From: Erysipelotrichaceae bacterium
GTDB lineage: Bacteria; Bacillota_I; Bacilli_A; Erysipelotrichales; Coprobacillaceae
Length of the DNA stretch: 26,219 nucleotides
Direction of reading: 5' to 3'
NCBI GenBank assembly: GCA_028698185.1
Contig: JAQVDW010000021.1
Span: forward strand, 1-26,219
Every line of letters starts with the position of its first letter. Within the stretch, counting starts at the first letter, position 1. The notes under the pieces are model-generated. The model was not told the origin of the DNA. It did no database searches and saw nothing but the letters and a program-made list of their open reading frames with translations. The position numbers were made by a program, and so were the translations under genes. Of the stretch, positions 1 through 8,705 are shown piece by piece.

Positions 1-70
1 CATGAACCATACCCACAAGGGATTCAAAGGAATCTCATACGAGCGATGGTTCCTGATGGAAGACGAATAA
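1..70 (+). CDS. possible 3' end of a plus-strand CDS entering from the left edge (unassigned)
   Basis: Bases 1-70 are visibly more GC-rich than the 71-286 tract. Plus frame 2 is open from the edge to TAA 68-70 (..KGFKGISYERWFLMEDE*). Plus frame 1 also stays open to TGA 172-174, and a minus-strand ATG sits at 3..1, so the assignment is ambiguous. Confidence 0.2.
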   Translation, partial: MNHTHKGFKGISYERWFLMEDE

Positions 71-115
71 TCAAGATCATCAGAAGAACTAATTTTACTA
101 ATTTACACAAAAATA

Positions 116-144
116 TTGACACTACCATTATTTTTTCTTATTAT
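116..144 (+). promoter_or_regulatory. sigma-70-like promoter motif with no obvious downstream gene
   Basis: TTGACA (116-121), a 17-nt spacer, then TATTAT (139-144). It is followed only by about 140 nt of AT-rich non-coding sequence and the terminator at 287-305. Confidence 0.3.
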
Positions 145-280
145 GAAATTTTCTATATATGCATATTTAATTGATATATTATGATAATAATAGTTTATTA
201 ATTAAATTCCCATAATCACATCATCAATTATCCTTAATAATTAGTAAACTATTACCCTAGTATTTTACATTTCAATTTTT

Positions 281-310
281 AAAAAACCGGGCTCCCCTAG
301 CCCGGTTTTT
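281..310. terminator. bidirectional rho-independent terminator (ends the met operon on the minus strand)
   Basis: Stem CCGGGCT (287-293) / AGCCCGG (299-305) with a 5-nt loop, flanked by an A-run (281-286) and a T-run (306-310). It lies 25 nt downstream of the yitJ-like stop. Confidence 0.85.
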
Positions 311-334
311 TACTTTTATTTCTTTTTTGATTTA

Positions 335-2068
335 TCAAATATCCCTGATTTTCCCAATCAGGCTCTCAATAATATCAACCCGATTGAATGGTGTCATGAG
401 ATAGTATCCATCGCAATAGTCAGCGACCTGATGGATAAGCTCACTCGACAAATCTACCGCGATAATGGTAGATTCCTCTTTTGTCTTGTCCTTGTACCTG
501 TTTATTACATCTTCCTTTACCTCAATTCCAGGTATCTCATTGTCGATGAAGAGGGCATTGCGATATGAGACGATCGGCAATATTCCAGCCAATATATAGG
601 CATCCAATTCCTCATGTGCTCTTTTAAGGTTGATGAGCGACTGTTCACTCATTACCGGTTGAGTCAAAAATACAGTGACACCGTTCTCGATTTTTTCTTT
701 GGCAAGTTTGATCTGCACATCGAAGTTTCGTGCATTGACGTTCAGCGCTCCCATCAGATTGAATGGTTTGGAAAAATCAGTGCGATTGAGATTAGTTATA
801 TATTTGGCCATTTTGCGACTGTTGAATTCATATACTGACCTGACCTCGTCACGAATTGACGATGGCAGAGGGTCACCAGTCACCACCAGAACGTTGTGAA
901 CACCTTCGACGGAAAGACCAAGTAGCAGTCCTTTAGTTGCGTTTATATTTCTGTCCCGGCAAGTAAGATGGGGCAATACTTCCAAACCCAGCTCCCTTTT
1001 AACCTTGCAAGCAACCAGGGAACTGTCCATGCGTGCCCGCCCCAATGGGTTATCGGCAATCGTCATTATATCGATTCCCAAACTTTGAAGAAAATGCGCT
1101 CGCTCCATGAATTTGGTGATGTCGTCTTTTAATGGCGAGTCCAACTCAACCGCAATGACCTTCTTTTTCAATTTGAGTTTGTTCATAAATGGATTATGGA
1201 CATCTTTTTTGACAGTTTGTTCAGGCGGCAAATCAACTTCATGCTCGTATTTCCCGGGCAATAAATCGGCGATCATTTCAATATGTCTTGGTGTTGTCCC
1301 ACAGCAGCCACCGATGATCTTTGCTCCGTTATTTGCTATCTCGATCATTTCTGAAGCGTAGTAATCCTCATTGGAACGGAAGTAAGTCCGGTGCCCGATA
1401 ACGGTTGGATAAGCGGCATTCGGTCCGATGAAAATAGGTTTATTGTGCTTGTCGATATTGCGGAGATGATAATTAAGGTGACGCGGCCCGGTTGAGCAGT
1501 TTAGACCCACGCTGTCGATTGACTTGCAGGTGTTGCATTCGTCAATCAAATCCAAAAAGTACTCGCCTTCGTTGCTGTAGCCTTGGGCGTTGACCGAAAA
1601 GGAAACAATAATGAATGAATCTTCAACTTTTTCCTTAATATATTTTGTGATTGAATCAATGTTACTGCTGGAAGACAGAGTCTCAAAGATAAAATTTTGT
1701 GCGCCTAGCCCGATAAACTCATCAACGACATTTTTGAGCATAACGAATTCTTCGTTTATAGGTCCGATATCACAAAAGACGTATGCTCCGTAGTAACCGG
1801 CTTGTTTTTTTGCAATATCAAATCCAGCTTTTATTATCTCCTTAAAATTTCCGGGGTATTTCAATTCGTTGGCCATAAATGTATTTGTCTTTATCGCCTT
1901 GGCCCCGGCCTCCAGATAGTCTTCGTGAATTTTTGAAATCAGCTGCGGATTGTTCAAGTTGTCAATTTCGCAATCATCAAACGTCTCAATGGTCAGTTGG
2001 TTATGGTATGATCCCATCGCTCCATCGAACAGGAGGACGTGATTTTTCAGATAATCTCTAACTAACAT
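335..2068 (-). CDS. yitJ: bifunctional homocysteine S-methyltransferase / 5,10-methylenetetrahydrofolate reductase (YitJ-like)
   Basis: The N-terminal half has Hcy-methyltransferase motifs (LLFDGAMGS ... GGCCGTTPRHI). The C-terminal half is MTHFR-like (VELDSP, HLTCRDRN, VLVVTGDP). I place the start at ATG 2068 (MLVRDYLKNHVLLFDGAMG), preceded by GAGGTG 7 nt upstream. The ORF-track start at 2134 adds 22 unlikely residues overlapping metH. Confidence 0.9.
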   Translation of the reverse strand: MLVRDYLKNHVLLFDGAMGSYHNQLTIETFDDCEIDNLNNPQLISKIHEDYLEAGAKAIKTNTFMANELKYPGNFKEIIKAGFDIAKKQAGYYGAYVFCDIGPINEEFVMLKNVVDEFIGLGAQNFIFETLSSSSNIDSITKYIKEKVEDSFIIVSFSVNAQGYSNEGEYFLDLIDECNTCKSIDSVGLNCSTGPRHLNYHLRNIDKHNKPIFIGPNAAYPTVIGHRTYFRSNEDYYASEMIEIANNGAKIIGGCCGTTPRHIEMIADLLPGKYEHEVDLPPEQTVKKDVHNPFMNKLKLKKKVIAVELDSPLKDDITKFMERAHFLQSLGIDIMTIADNPLGRARMDSSLVACKVKRELGLEVLPHLTCRDRNINATKGLLLGLSVEGVHNVLVVTGDPLPSSIRDEVRSVYEFNSRKMAKYITNLNRTDFSKPFNLMGALNVNARNFDVQIKLAKEKIENGVTVFLTQPVMSEQSLINLKRAHEELDAYILAGILPIVSYRNALFIDNEIPGIEVKEDVINRYKDKTKEESTIIAVDLSSELIHQVADYCDGYYLMTPFNRVDIIESLIGKIRDI

Positions 2069-4403
2069 AACCAAACACCTCATTTGCAATATCAACGGCA
2101 TCTTTGGCATCACGAGCATAGAAGTCGGCCCCAATAACTTTTGAATGTTCAGGAGTAAGCACAGCTCCTCCCACTATGATCTGGCAATCCAATTCATTTT
2201 CTCTCAAAGCCTTAATGGTTTCTTCCATATTTTTAACAGTTGTCGTCATCAATGCTGAAAGACCGACCAACTTGATTTCGTGTTTCTTTACGGCTTCAAC
2301 AACCTCTTCTATTGCTACGTCTTTGCCAAGGTCAATAACTTTGAAACCATAGTTTTCCAAAATCACCTTAACGATATTTTTTCCGATATCGTGAACATCT
2401 CCTTTGACCGTTGCCAGAACTATTGTCCCTCGATTGATAACTTCATCTTTTTGTGAAAGCTGTTGTTTGATAAGTTCAAATCCAGCTGATGCGCTAGAGG
2501 CTGACTTTATCAATTGTGGCAGGAAAATTTTACCGGATTCATAATTGTTCCCGACCGCATCAAGAGCAGGAATCAGATATTCATTTACTATTTCCAAAGG
2601 TTCCTTGGTTTTCAACAATTCGGCAACAACCTTGTGAACTTCATTTTCAAGACCCTTATTTACAGCAGTGAAAATATCCATTGACTCACCGGTCTTCACA
2701 ACTGGCTGATCGACTTCGTTCTTATATTTTTCAATATAATGATTGCTGTCAATATCCTTGCCACTGATTACCTGATATGCGTTAACACTGTCCATAAGCA
2801 ACTTGCTGTTGGGATTGATTATTGGCAATGTCAGGCCGTTGGTCATTGCCACAGTCAGGAAAGTCTGGTTCATCAGTGGCCTGTTAGGCAATCCGAAGGA
2901 TATGTTTGATACACCCAATACCAATTGCAGACCCATGACATTGGAAATGTAGTTCATGGCTTTAAGAGTTTCCTGAGCCTGATCCTGGCTTGACGCAACA
3001 GTCAACGTCAATGCATCGATATAAACATCTTCCTTTTTTATACCGTAGCTTAATGCCGCGTTAAGAATATCCTTAGCAATTTGAATTCTTTTTTCGCTTG
3101 TTGATGGAATCCCGTTTTCGTCGATGGTTAGACCAACCACACTAGCTCCATATTTTTTTACCAATGGAAGGATTGTTTCTAGTTTTTCTTTTTCACCGTT
3201 GACACTGTTCACAATTGGTTTTCCATTGTAAACTCGCAATCCTGCTTCAATCGCTTTCAAATCGGATGAGTCGATTTGCAAAGGGACATCGACAACCGAT
3301 TGGATTGCCTTAACAACCTTGGTCATCATTTCAGGCTCATCAATATTCAATGTTCCGACATTTACATCGAGAATGCTTGCGCCGGCATCGACCTGTTCGA
3401 TAGCCAATGAGAGTATGTAATCAATGTCTTCATCGAGCAGGGCCTGTTTGAATCTTTTCTTTCCGGTTGGATTTATTCTTTCACCAATTACCTTAACTCC
3501 ATCAATTTCCAACGCATCCGTCCCGCTAGAAATAGTACTTTTATAACCAACTATATCTTTTGGATGGCTTATTAAATTTTCATGGAGTGCTTTTATGTAT
3601 TCCGGCGTTGTGCCACAGCAACCGCCCACGACTTTTACGCCATATCTCATGAAATCCTGATAAGCGCCTAAAAAAGTGGCTACGTCAAGATCATATTCAT
3701 CAGTCTGAGGGTTGGGCAGTCCCGCATTGGCCTTGACCATTACCGGAAGATTTGTGAGATCGCAAATTTCCCTTACTATTCCCTTCAATTCTATTGGACC
3801 CAAAGAGCAGTTCACACCAATGATGTCAACCCCCAGAGACTCTGCCGTAGTCACAAACGCCCTAACCGAAGTACCGGTAAAGCTGCGCCCGTTTTGTTCA
3901 AAGGTCATTGAGGCCATTATCGGCAAATCGCTATTCTCTTTTGCTGCTAGAATTCCCGCTTTAAGCTCATACAGGTCGCTCATTGTCTCAAAGACAACCA
4001 GGTCGGCTCCATTACCGGCCACAATTACTTCCTTGAAAATCTCGTATGCCTCTTCAAATTTCAATGTTCCGCTTGGTTCTAGAAGCGTTCCAATTGGTCC
4101 GATATCAAGAGCTACAAGCTTGTCTTTGGCAACTTCCTTTGCATTTGCGACCCCTCTTTTTATCAGGTCTACAACATCATATTCGCTATCGCTGTATTTG
4201 TAACGATTAGCCGAAAAAGTGAACGAATAGATAATATCGCTTCCGGCATCAATGTACTGTTTATGAATCCCCTTGATCACTTCCGGAGCAGTCACATTGA
4301 GTTCTTCAACATGTTTTGGTACTTCCACTCCGCTGTCGAACACCATGGTCCCCATAGCCCCATCTAAAAATACAATATCTTTTTCTAATAATTTATCTAG
4401 CAC
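2058..4403 (-). CDS. metH: cobalamin-dependent methionine synthase lacking the C-terminal reactivation domain
   Basis: Hcy-binding domain (VFLDGAMGT ... GGCCGTTPEYI), a pterin-binding barrel, and B12-binding motifs (GDVHDIGKN = DxHxxG, SALMTTT, GGA). At 781 aa it ends after the B12 domain. GTG start at 4403 with AGGA 7 nt upstream. Confidence 0.93.
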   Translation of the reverse strand: MLDKLLEKDIVFLDGAMGTMVFDSGVEVPKHVEELNVTAPEVIKGIHKQYIDAGSDIIYSFTFSANRYKYSDSEYDVVDLIKRGVANAKEVAKDKLVALDIGPIGTLLEPSGTLKFEEAYEIFKEVIVAGNGADLVVFETMSDLYELKAGILAAKENSDLPIMASMTFEQNGRSFTGTSVRAFVTTAESLGVDIIGVNCSLGPIELKGIVREICDLTNLPVMVKANAGLPNPQTDEYDLDVATFLGAYQDFMRYGVKVVGGCCGTTPEYIKALHENLISHPKDIVGYKSTISSGTDALEIDGVKVIGERINPTGKKRFKQALLDEDIDYILSLAIEQVDAGASILDVNVGTLNIDEPEMMTKVVKAIQSVVDVPLQIDSSDLKAIEAGLRVYNGKPIVNSVNGEKEKLETILPLVKKYGASVVGLTIDENGIPSTSEKRIQIAKDILNAALSYGIKKEDVYIDALTLTVASSQDQAQETLKAMNYISNVMGLQLVLGVSNISFGLPNRPLMNQTFLTVAMTNGLTLPIINPNSKLLMDSVNAYQVISGKDIDSNHYIEKYKNEVDQPVVKTGESMDIFTAVNKGLENEVHKVVAELLKTKEPLEIVNEYLIPALDAVGNNYESGKIFLPQLIKSASSASAGFELIKQQLSQKDEVINRGTIVLATVKGDVHDIGKNIVKVILENYGFKVIDLGKDVAIEEVVEAVKKHEIKLVGLSALMTTTVKNMEETIKALRENELDCQIIVGGAVLTPEHSKVIGADFYARDAKDAVDIANEVFGYVS

Positions 4404-5040
4404 AACTTTTTCCTGCCTTTCTTAATTGACATGTTTCTTTCATATTGCATGTATCGCAACCTGTTACTTTCCCTTGAGCAATGTCCGATATACCGATGAA
4501 ACACGTAATTGATTTTCTGGGAACCATTAGCATTGTCGGAGTCAGATTAACTCCAATTCTTTTTTCCAATTGAAGCAAATCAAAAATATCCCGTTGAAAA
4601 TTTATATCCAAATCACCATATCCCGGCGCAAACGCATCGGTGAAGTATTTACCCGGATATTCACCACGCAATTGGTCTATTATTTTTTCCTGATAATCTT
4701 CGACCATTGATGACAGCAAAGCGTCACTAACGATCGAGTTGAATTTGTTAGCGACATTGAATCTTCTAATTTCCTGTTCTATCTTTCCGCCTAAGGTTAC
4801 TGCCAGAATGATAACTCTGTCGCTTGTATTAAGCAGTTTATCCATGTCTTTGCTTTTAAATATGCGGTTTTCGATTTTAAGAGGATTCAAACTGAATTTG
4901 AATACCCGATAATAATATTTCGGATCCAAAAGAGGCTTCAGCCTTTGGTATAGTTTTTCAATATCTTGATCTATCTCATTAGGTTGTTCATCCATTCCCA
5001 AGTATCTTTTTACTTGATTGAGATCATAATTAATATCCAT
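4393..5040 (-). CDS. stand-alone methionine synthase reactivation (AdoMet-binding) domain protein with a Cys-rich tail
   Basis: AFAPGYGDLD...LLQLEKRIGVNLTPTMLMVPRKS aligns with the MetH activation-domain core (RPAPGYPA...LL.VEK..G..LTES.AM.P..S). I place the start at ATG 5040 (MDINYDL..) with GGTGG upstream. The ORF-track ATG at 5085 lies inside the promoter spacer. Confidence 0.8.
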   Translation of the reverse strand: MDINYDLNQVKRYLGMDEQPNEIDQDIEKLYQRLKPLLDPKYYYRVFKFSLNPLKIENRIFKSKDMDKLLNTSDRVIILAVTLGGKIEQEIRRFNVANKFNSIVSDALLSSMVEDYQEKIIDQLRGEYPGKYFTDAFAPGYGDLDINFQRDIFDLLQLEKRIGVNLTPTMLMVPRKSITCFIGISDIAQGKVTGCDTCNMKETCQLRKAGKSCAR

Positions 5041-5067
5041 AAAACCACCACTTTCTATCTTTTCATC

Positions 5068-5096
5068 ATTATATATTACCGCCATAACTGATGCAA
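5068..5096 (-). promoter_or_regulatory. promoter of the met operon
   Basis: On the minus strand: TTGCAT (5096..5091), a 17-nt spacer, then TATAAT (5073..5068). This leaves only about 20-25 nt of leader before the RBS and ATG 5040. Confidence 0.7.
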
Positions 5097-5164
5097 CTCA
5101 TTACTGTTGCAATATTGTTGCCACAGTATATTAATTCCAAATCACCAGGTATAGATTTTAACTA

Positions 5165-5193
5165 TAACAAAAGAAGATCTATCGATCTTCTTT
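5165..5193 (-). terminator. rho-independent terminator of the tmk-holB-ricT-yabB-rsmI operon
   Basis: Perfect 10-bp stem AAAGAAGATC / GATCTTCTTT (5184-5193 / 5170-5179) with a 4-nt loop. It overlaps the rsmI stop codon and is followed by TTGTT on the minus strand. Confidence 0.75.
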
Positions 5194-6036
5194 GATAGTA
5201 TGGTATTCGTTATATACATCTGACTTCTTGAGGTTTCGAATTTTTGCCACCTCTTTGATTGCTTCTCTGGAACTCAATCCCAGTTCAATCAATTCATTGA
5301 TGTGCTCAATGACAGTATTGTTGAACTCCACATCTTTCGTCTCTTTATTTCCTGAAACAACTATGACCATCTCGCCTTTCAATTCTGCGGCTACCGTTAG
5401 GACCTCGCTGATGTTTCCACGAATTATTTCCTCATGCTTCTTGGTCAACTCCCGGGCCAAAGCTATTTTGCGGTCGCCCATGATTGAAAGCATCAACTCA
5501 AGAGTTTTCGAAATACGATGGGGACTTTCATATAATATGATAGTTTCTTCATATTTCTTCAGCTTCTCCAATTGCTTTCTTTTATTTTTATCCTTGTGAT
5601 CTAAGAATCCATAAAACATAAATGGCTGTGGAGCAATTCCTGAAACAACCAACGCTCCCAAGGCAGCGTTAGGTCCGTTAACGACGACCACATTGATGTC
5701 TTTTTCAATTGCAGCACTCACCAATTCGTATCCGGGATCGGAAATTGCCGGGTATCCGGCATCAGATACCAGTGCAATATTGTTGCCTTGCTCAAGTAGT
5801 CCAATTATCCTGGTGATCGCCGTATTTAAATTATGTTCATGATGAGAAATAAGTTTGGTATTAATGTCATAATGGTTTAATAGCTTAATAGTTACCCTGG
5901 TATCTTCAGCGGCTATATAGTCGACTTCCTTCAATGTGGTGATAACCCGATATGAAACCTCACTGAGATTACCTATTGGGGTAGCAACCAAATAAAGTGT
6001 CGGATTCGAATTATCGAAACTCTTTTGTCTATTCAT
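5179..6036 (-). CDS. rsmI: 16S rRNA (cytidine1402-2'-O)-methyltransferase
   Basis: TLYLVATPIGNLSE, AEDTR and SDAGYPAISDPG motifs; the position after yabB matches Bacillus. I place the start at ATG 6036 (MNRQKSF..). The ORF-track start at 6054 is a TTG with no RBS. Confidence 0.92.
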   Translation of the reverse strand: MNRQKSFDNSNPTLYLVATPIGNLSEVSYRVITTLKEVDYIAAEDTRVTIKLLNHYDINTKLISHHEHNLNTAITRIIGLLEQGNNIALVSDAGYPAISDPGYELVSAAIEKDINVVVVNGPNAALGALVVSGIAPQPFMFYGFLDHKDKNKRKQLEKLKKYEETIILYESPHRISKTLELMLSIMGDRKIALARELTKKHEEIIRGNISEVLTVAAELKGEMVIVVSGNKETKDVEFNNTVIEHINELIELGLSSREAIKEVAKIRNLKKSDVYNEYHTIKEDR

Positions 6037-6769
6037 GGTCAATATTTTCTCCAAACATTTTCTTTACCTCATCGCTGTAGCTACCATCATCGTTATGCGC
6101 GTACAACGGTGCTTCTATTTTCAGTCCCGGTTTTCCTTTATAAATACCTTCCATTAATAGGACATGGCTAGGCCTGTCAAACTTAGGATAGACGAACCTC
6201 ACTCTTTTTGGTTCTATGTCGTACTTTTGCATATAATTGATGATATCTATCATCCTTTCAGGTCGATGGACAATTGCAAATCGACCTTTGTTGTCAAGTA
6301 TTTTTGCGGCAGAGCAGATTATTCCTTCCAGATCGATTTTAACTTCATGGCGCGCGATAGTCAAAAATTCGTTTTCATTGAGATTGCTTCTTTCGCCGAC
6401 CTTGAAAAAAGGTGGGTTGCAAACCACAACCTGAACCTTATGATATTGCTTCACAAAATCCTTTATATCCTTATGGACAATGTTGATCCTGTCTTCAAGA
6501 TTGTTAAGTTCGACATTCTTTAGAGCTATGGTTGCAGCTTCTTCTTGAATTTCCACTCCAGTGATTGGCTTGTCACACCGTTTAGTGAGTAACAAAGGTA
6601 TGGCCGCATTGTTTGTTCCGAAATCTACAATTTCCTTGATATCCTTGTTCAATGTCACAAAATTTGCCAATAGAACAGTATCCAACGAGAAATTGAACAT
6701 ATCTTTTCTCTGAATTATTTTCAAGTTCTTATGCGCCAACAGATAATTTGTCACTTCTTTATTGCTCAT
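6029..6769 (-). CDS. yabB: SAM-dependent tRNA (adenine-N6)-methyltransferase, YabB/TrmN6-like
   Basis: Class I methyltransferase fold with the N6-adenine motif NPPF (VVVCNPPFF). Its position between ricT and rsmI is syntenic with Bacillus. Confidence 0.8.
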   Translation of the reverse strand: MSNKEVTNYLLAHKNLKIIQRKDMFNFSLDTVLLANFVTLNKDIKEIVDFGTNNAAIPLLLTKRCDKPITGVEIQEEAATIALKNVELNNLEDRINIVHKDIKDFVKQYHKVQVVVCNPPFFKVGERSNLNENEFLTIARHEVKIDLEGIICSAAKILDNKGRFAIVHRPERMIDIINYMQKYDIEPKRVRFVYPKFDRPSHVLLMEGIYKGKPGLKIEAPLYAHNDDGSYSDEVKKMFGENIDHE

Positions 6770-6783
6770 CCGCTCATTCTTCC

Positions 6784-7746
6784 TTACTTATTCTTATTCA
6801 GTGCCTTAGCTCTGCTTTTTCTATTTTGTTTCTGCTCCGAATTTTTTTGATTTTCCTTATAACGGCCTTTTCTTGGTTTTTTGTTGGTCTCTTCATCCCG
6901 TGGCGGCTCGGTAGTGCTTGAAACGTTATTGTCTCTATTGGTTTTTGGTGCAGCCTCAATCTCATCCAAGTGGACAAACATGATATTTCCTGCGACATCC
7001 AATTTGATTTGATCACTTATTATATTGTAACCGATGACTTTTGCCGGATTTTTTTCATATCTGACAGTAGAACCAATTCTTGGATATTTCTTTTTGGCCT
7101 CAGTATATAGATCATCCTCGTACTTTAAGCAGCAAAGCAGTCTGCCACAATTTCCTGAAATCTTTTCAATATTTATAGCCAACATCTGGTTTTTGGCCAT
7201 ATTTATGGATACTCCGTTGAACTCACTCATTATCCTGGTGCAACAAAGAGGCAAACCACATACCCCTATTCCACCAACTATTTTGGCTTTGTCCCGAGGA
7301 CCAATCTGTCTTAACTCTATCCGGCACCTGAATACTACTGCCAGTTCTTTCAATAAATCGCGGAAATCAACCCGGTTATCGGCTGTATACATGAATATAA
7401 CCTTTGACCTGTCCAATGTGAACTCACAGTTTGTCAGATGCATGTTTAACTTGCGACGCTCGATTATCTCGCTACAAATTTTCAAGGCCTCCCTGGCTTC
7501 CTCTTGATTTTGATTATATTGGTTGATATCCTCTTTGGATGCTTTTCTGACTACTTTTTTCAATTCGGTATTCAGATTAAAATCTTCTATATCTTTCAGT
7601 TCGTCAATCAATTCCCCAAATTCTACACCTCTAGCTGTTTCAACAATCACATTGTCGCCAACTTTAAGGTCCAGATTGGTAGAAAAATAATACATCTTCC
7701 CTGTATCTTTAAATCTTACACTCGCCAATTTCAAATCACTACTCAT
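6784..7746 (-). CDS. ricT: PSP1-domain protein RicT/YaaT
   Basis: PSP1 core with conserved Cys clusters (GVCGLPLCC, GNCGRLLCCLKYE), followed by a lysine- and arginine-rich C-terminal tail. I place the start at ATG 7746, preceded by AAGGAGG 6 nt upstream; the ORF-track start is 7764. Confidence 0.9.
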   Translation of the reverse strand: MSSDLKLASVRFKDTGKMYYFSTNLDLKVGDNVIVETARGVEFGELIDELKDIEDFNLNTELKKVVRKASKEDINQYNQNQEEAREALKICSEIIERRKLNMHLTNCEFTLDRSKVIFMYTADNRVDFRDLLKELAVVFRCRIELRQIGPRDKAKIVGGIGVCGLPLCCTRIMSEFNGVSINMAKNQMLAINIEKISGNCGRLLCCLKYEDDLYTEAKKKYPRIGSTVRYEKNPAKVIGYNIISDQIKLDVAGNIMFVHLDEIEAAPKTNRDNNVSSTTEPPRDEETNKKPRKGRYKENQKNSEQKQNRKSRAKALNKNK

Positions 7747-7763
7747 GATATTCCTCCTTTCCA

Positions 7764-8705
7764 CTATTTCATTTTCAATAATTGATACATCATCTTATCC
7801 ATCAATAAATTCATATTAACATTAGACTCCAGCTGATATTCTATATCAAGCAAAATTTCAATGTAATTCAAGATAATCGAACGGTCAATAGACATTAATC
7901 TTCTATTCAAATCAATTACGTCAACCATCTTGCTTTTCGATGTGTATGAGCTGCGATACAATTCTTTCAATGTTACAATCAAAATATTCAAAAAAAGTGA
8001 GACATCTTCCTTCTTATTGTACTTGTTAATAAAACCTATTTGGGCATTAATTATCAAATTATCTTTCTTAAAAAACAAGTCGTCGATGAAATTCAAGGCT
8101 TCCTTTATAATATTCGGGAAATTTTCCACTATCACAAAATCATTAAATATTTGTGATAGAAGATAAGCATCACCTTCACTGAAATTATTTTCCAGATATA
8201 ACCGCTCAATAGCCGCCTTGTTATTAGGATTTAGTTTCAACACTTGGCACCGTGATATTACAGTAGGCAACACCCGATCAATATTCGAAGTAGTAAAAAT
8301 AGCATATACGTTGTCCAAAGGTTCTTCAACCATCTTCAAGATACTGTTTATAGCTTCCTTGGAAGAATTCTGAATCTCTTCAATTATATAGATCTTACCC
8401 TTGCCCTCAACCGAGGATTTTGCCATTTGAGCCTGGATATCTTCTATATCCCTTTTTTTTATCGATGTCTCTTTGCCACTAAGTCTTATCATATCAGGAT
8501 ATATGTTCCTTTTAACCCGTGAACAGACACTGCAAACCTCACACGCTATTGGCTCATCACATAAAATTGACTGGGACAAAAAGTATAGCAAATCGTCATA
8601 ATTTTTTCCAACTATAAGAAAAGCGTGAGGCTTCTTATTATTTTGGAACTCATTTTCCAATATTTGATAAACAATAGGTTGTTCCTGTTTTAACGTATCT
8701 TTCAT
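7764..8705 (-). CDS. holB: DNA polymerase III delta-prime subunit
   Basis: AAA+-like clamp-loader fold with a degenerate P-loop (AFLIVGKN), a Zn module ([16 protein letters not shown]) and SRCQVLKL. It overlaps tmk by ATGA. Confidence 0.88.
   Translation of the reverse strand: MKDTLKQEQPIVYQILENEFQNNKKPHAFLIVGKNYDDLLYFLSQSILCDEPIACEVCSVCSRVKRNIYPDMIRLSGKETSIKKRDIEDIQAQMAKSSVEGKGKIYIIEEIQNSSKEAINSILKMVEEPLDNVYAIFTTSNIDRVLPTVISRCQVLKLNPNNKAAIERLYLENNFSEGDAYLLSQIFNDFVIVENFPNIIKEALNFIDDLFFKKDNLIINAQIGFINKYNKKEDVSLFLNILIVTLKELYRSSYTSKSKMVDVIDLNRRLMSIDRSIILNYIEILLDIEYQLESNVNMNLLMDKMMYQLLKMK

Noticed and set aside
4-52. Nested complementary segments GAACCAT (4-10) / ATGGTTC (46-52) enclosing GATTC-aaag-GAATC (21-34), suggestive of a structured RNA or tRNA fragment
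   Set aside because: The element is too short, and its arms and loops are the wrong size for a tRNA. A 7-bp match within 70 nt is not improbable by chance. There are no conserved riboswitch, T-box or tRNA motifs. It is probably coding sequence at the window edge.
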